DNA of 64,000 nucleotides from Vitrella brassicaformis CCMP3155 (Eukaryota > Protista > Chromerida), in NCBI GenBank assembly GCA_001179505.1, contig CDMY01000320.1:58750-122749 (forward strand), written 5' to 3'. Below, in pieces: positions 60,675-64,000 of this stretch. How positions within the stretch are numbered: position 1 is the first letter of the stretch; each line of letters opens with the position of its first letter. The position numbers were made by a program, and so were the translations under genes. The notes under the pieces were generated by a model. That model was not told the origin of the DNA. It saw nothing but the letters and a program-made list of their open reading frames with translations, and did no database searches.

Positions 60675-63055
60675 AGACCTCCCCTGCCCAGCCGTGCCAC
60701 AAACAAGACCAAGACCACCGCCAGTGCCACCACACACACCAACGGCGGCCACGACGACTGGGCTTCGTCTGCTGACCACCGCGGCAGAGTGCCGTGCGGG
60801 AGAGGGCCGTAGAGACCGTGGCTGAGGAGCCGGATGAGGTGTGCGCCGACGTGGGCGAGGAGGAGCCGAGCATCCTCCCCCTGCCGCACCTCAGCAACAC
60901 GGCCGCCGCCCGCCTCCCCGACCACCGCGGCGCAAGCGAGGCCGGCAGCAGCCGAGAGGCCGCGGGAGCACCAAGCCCGCCAGTAAAGAGGGAGGGAGAG
61001 GGTGAGGGTGAGTGGGAGGAGGGCGATGAGTGGCTGGCCGATGTGGGCGAGGAGGAGACACCCATCAGCCACCCTCTTTGCAGCAGCAGCACGTTTAGCA
61101 TCGCCACTCGGGACGGAGCGGGCTCTACGGCCAATAAGAGCAAATCGCAGCAAGGTAAGTGACGGACTGACTGGTCAGTCAGTCAGTGTGATTGGTTGAT
61201 GGTCATGAGTGAAACTGTCGTATGTCTGTTGGTTGGCTCTGCGTTGCCTTGCGTTGCTCTCTCTCTGTGCAGGTCTGTCAGTGGCCGAGCCGTGTGACGA
61301 GGGACCCCCTCCCGCCCCTATCCTCGCACCTGCACCACCCGCCATCCTGCGCCTGAAGAGCGGTGCCGAAGTAGAGCTCCGAGTCAAGCTCGGCGAGGGC
61401 ACACGCGGCAAGGTGATGGCCGGCGTGGTCAACGAATGATGGATGGCCTTCAAGATGGCAATTAGGGGGGCGGGCAGCCGGACCATCTGCGAGGAGATGG
61501 AGACCGAGAGGGCCACGATGGAGAGGCTGCAGCAGCGGAGGAGGGAGAGGGGCGAGATGGGCCTGTTTCTCGACACCTACGTCTACGCGGGTCCCTCGGA
61601 CGGCGCCACGTTCCGCGCCAGCCCCTCTGACCCGCCGCAGGAGTGCCTCTACCTGGCCCAGCAGCTCGTCAACGACCCGCCCAGCGGCGACACGTTTGTG
61701 TGCCTGAACGACCTGCTGTGGGAGGAGGGCGGCGGGCTCAACCTGGCGGGCATCTCAGCAGCTCATCCACCCACACGGCCGGTCTTCGACAAGGCCATGG
61801 GGATGATTGGCAAGTTGCTGATGCTGGTTAGGGCGCTGCGTGAGGCGGTCAGGGGGCACCGGAGGGCCCTGGAGGACTACGACTCGATGCTGCCCGACCA
61901 CTGCATGAACAACCCTGTGTCCGCAGGAGCGCCATCGCACGGGGTAAGTAAATCGATAGGTCACACACACACAGACAGACAGACCGTCAATCGCACACAC
62001 CACAGATACGCACACGATGATTCCGCTTTGGTAACCTACCTGCATTGCTTTTGTGTGTCCCTATGATATGGCTTGTCTGGCTCAGGTGATAGCGACGTGT
62101 CTGAGGCCGCCGGCGTGGTCTTCATTGACCACGGCAACACCCTCCACACGCGCACCCCCGGCCCGCTGCTCCGCCGCAAGGACGGCACCACTCCCCCCCG
62201 GCCATACCCCGGGAAAGCCGCCCTCGTGCCCACAGACTCGTCGACCAGGGAAGTGGAGCGGCAGCTGGCCGGTTTCACCAACTTCGGCGGCGCCCCAGAG
62301 CAGCTGCTGTACTGGCATCGGCGGCGGCAGCTGCTCAACGATTGGTCGCAGAGAGTGGGCCCGTTCTACTTTGAGGAGCGAGAGATTCGCGGGGCAGACG
62401 GCCAGCTGTGCCGACAGAATGTCCATTCCATGGCCAATTCCGCCGTTGACGAGCTGCGGGCCGACAGGGTGGTGCCTGCTGCCCCTAAGGCTGCTCAGGG
62501 TGTGTGGATGGGCGAGCCGACGGTGGCCTTCCAGTTCGGCATTCTCATCCGCAACATCCTCCGGGCCGAGCGGTGGCAACGGATGCTGGAGCGGCTGGAG
62601 TCGTGGGCCGACAAGTCCCACATAGAGCCGCCGGATGGCGCCACTGAGGTCGACAAGGAGATCCCCTCGGCCCCGGTTTCGACGGGGACATGCAGCAAGG
62701 CCTGCTTGCCCTCAGCTGGCGCCACACGTTCTCCCTCATTTCCGAGCCCAATGGCCACCCCAAGATGGAGGAGGGCAGACGGCACCTGCATGAGCGGACA
62801 CAGGAAGAGGGCCCGGGGTGGCTGGAGGGCGTCATACAGCGGCTCGAGGCCATCTGTCCAAGCGCCCTGCAGTTCCTCCCCTCGGAGCGATGCACTCTCG
62901 CCCACATCGATGCCAAGCTCTCGGAGGTCCTCGACCTTCTCGAGTCGGTAGAGATGCCGGTGGCTGAGGAGCCGGGTGAGGTGTGCGCCGACGTGGCCGA
63001 GGGGGAGCTTTGTGGCCTGCCTCTCTTCTCTTGCTGCTGGTCAGTATCTATCTAG
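60675..63055 (+). pseudogene. Divergent Ser/Thr protein kinase-like gene, copy 2, disrupted
   Basis: Collinear with ~685-3078. TGA at 61437-61439 (CGA in copy 1), 1-nt deletion at ~61914-61916, 4-nt deletion at ~62662, TGA at 60773-60775. Retains GEGTRG, AFK, catalytic LPDHCMNN (GAC 61896-61898), DHG and APE. Homology continues into the 3' flank to ~63310. Confidence 0.85.
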
Positions 63056-63666
63056 CTTCTCTGCTCTCTCTCTCTTTCTCTCTCTCTAGTCTCTCTCTCT
63101 CTCTGTTGGCTGTGGTGGTCGTGGCGGACGGAAAGGCTAAGAGAAGGACAGTACAGCCCACAAGAAGGCAAAAGAAGCGAAGAAAGGCCCACCAGAAGGC
63201 CAACGAGGACCGATACATACCCACACCGCCCAATACCCTCACTGATGGATGGTGAGACTAACCACAGCACAGCACAGCACAGCACACACATGGGGATGCA
63301 TACCTCTCTCTCTCTCTCTGTTTGTCTGTTTGTCTGTGTATGTGACGTGTTTGTGAATGTGTTCAGGCTACGTCTACGACAACCTGGCAGACATGGGGGG
63401 ACTCATCCAAACGGATATCATCGCTGTCTCCATTTTATATTCGTCGACTCTTCTATGCCTGCTCGCGACGTGTCGGATTCAAGTGCGTCCTTTGTTCAGT
63501 GCCGAGAGAGAAGTGGGTGACCCAAGAGGAACTCGCCATTCTCGCCAACAGGTAGGTGGATACATACAACGCGAGCCGACACCTTCCTTCTCTTCAGTCT
63601 GTCTGTCTGCGATGACAGAGGAGATGACTGAGGAGCCCGCCGCCGGCACGTACGTCGCGTCCGGCG

Positions 63667-64000
63667 CAGTCTGTTGTTTGACGAGTTTGAGGACGAGTGG
63701 GCTGGCCGACGTGGGCGAGGAGGAGACCCCCATCAGCCACCCTCTGTGCAGCAGCAGCACTTTAGCATCGCCACTCGGGATGTAGCGGGGTCTACGGCCG
63801 ACGATAGCAAATCGCAGCAAGGTAACTGACGGACTGGTCAGTCAGTGTGATTGGTTGATGGTCATGAGTTTGACTGTCGTATGTCTGTTGTCTCTTCGTT
63901 GCGTTCCATTGCTCTCTCTATGTGCAGGTGCGTCAGTGGCCCAGCCGTGTGCCGGATCCAATACAGCGGACGAGCCGCGGGGCGTGTGCAGCCCGTCTCC
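63667..64000 (+). pseudogene. Further kinase-family N-terminal module, running off the window end
   Basis: cagtctgttgtttgacgagtttgaggacgagtgggctggccgacgtgggcgaggaggag.. matches 60012-60310, with the same intron (donor 63822) and acceptor. Confidence 0.75.

Noticed and set aside
1-64000. Hundreds of overlapping ORFs in the six-frame track, many with CVCVCV, HTHTHT or LSLSLS runs
   Set aside because: These are shadow frames of GC-rich exons, or translations of intronic (TG)n, (CA)n and (TC)n microsatellites.

Overview
Intron-rich eukaryotic genomic DNA: GC-rich exons separated by short (about 45-150 nt) mostly GT-AG introns packed with (TG)n, (CA)n, (TCTG)n and (GATG)n microsatellites, plus three 300-N assembly gaps. 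This style, together with ApiAP2-like domains and bipartite plastid-targeting leaders, suggests a chromerid alveolate such as Vitrella brassicaformis (inference, not verified). Genes were assembled by hand across introns, so exon boundaries are approximate. Content, left to right: a gene 3' end; a disrupted divergent protein-kinase gene; an ~11 kb WD40/coiled-coil gene head-to-head with an LRRC61-like gene; a cyclic-nucleotide-binding protein; a 66-aa membrane ORF; a membrane RING-H2 ligase; an Unkempt/tandem-CCCH protein; a ~0.65 kb inverted duplication; a cluster of three genes that each combine 2-3 AP2-like domains with a C-terminal chromodomain (plus a decayed relative); a divergent pair of plastid-targeted genes (membrane protein and long-chain flavodoxin) bracketed by ~210 bp direct repeats; a peroxisomal-type SLC25 carrier; a BTB-SPRY-like protein; exonuclease V; an internally duplicated double cyclin; and a second disrupted kinase copy plus fragments about 60 kb from the first. 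The strongest candidates for something undescribed are the AP2-chromodomain cluster, the degenerate double cyclin and the modular divergent kinase family. No tRNA, rRNA, CRISPR array or transposase was recognised.
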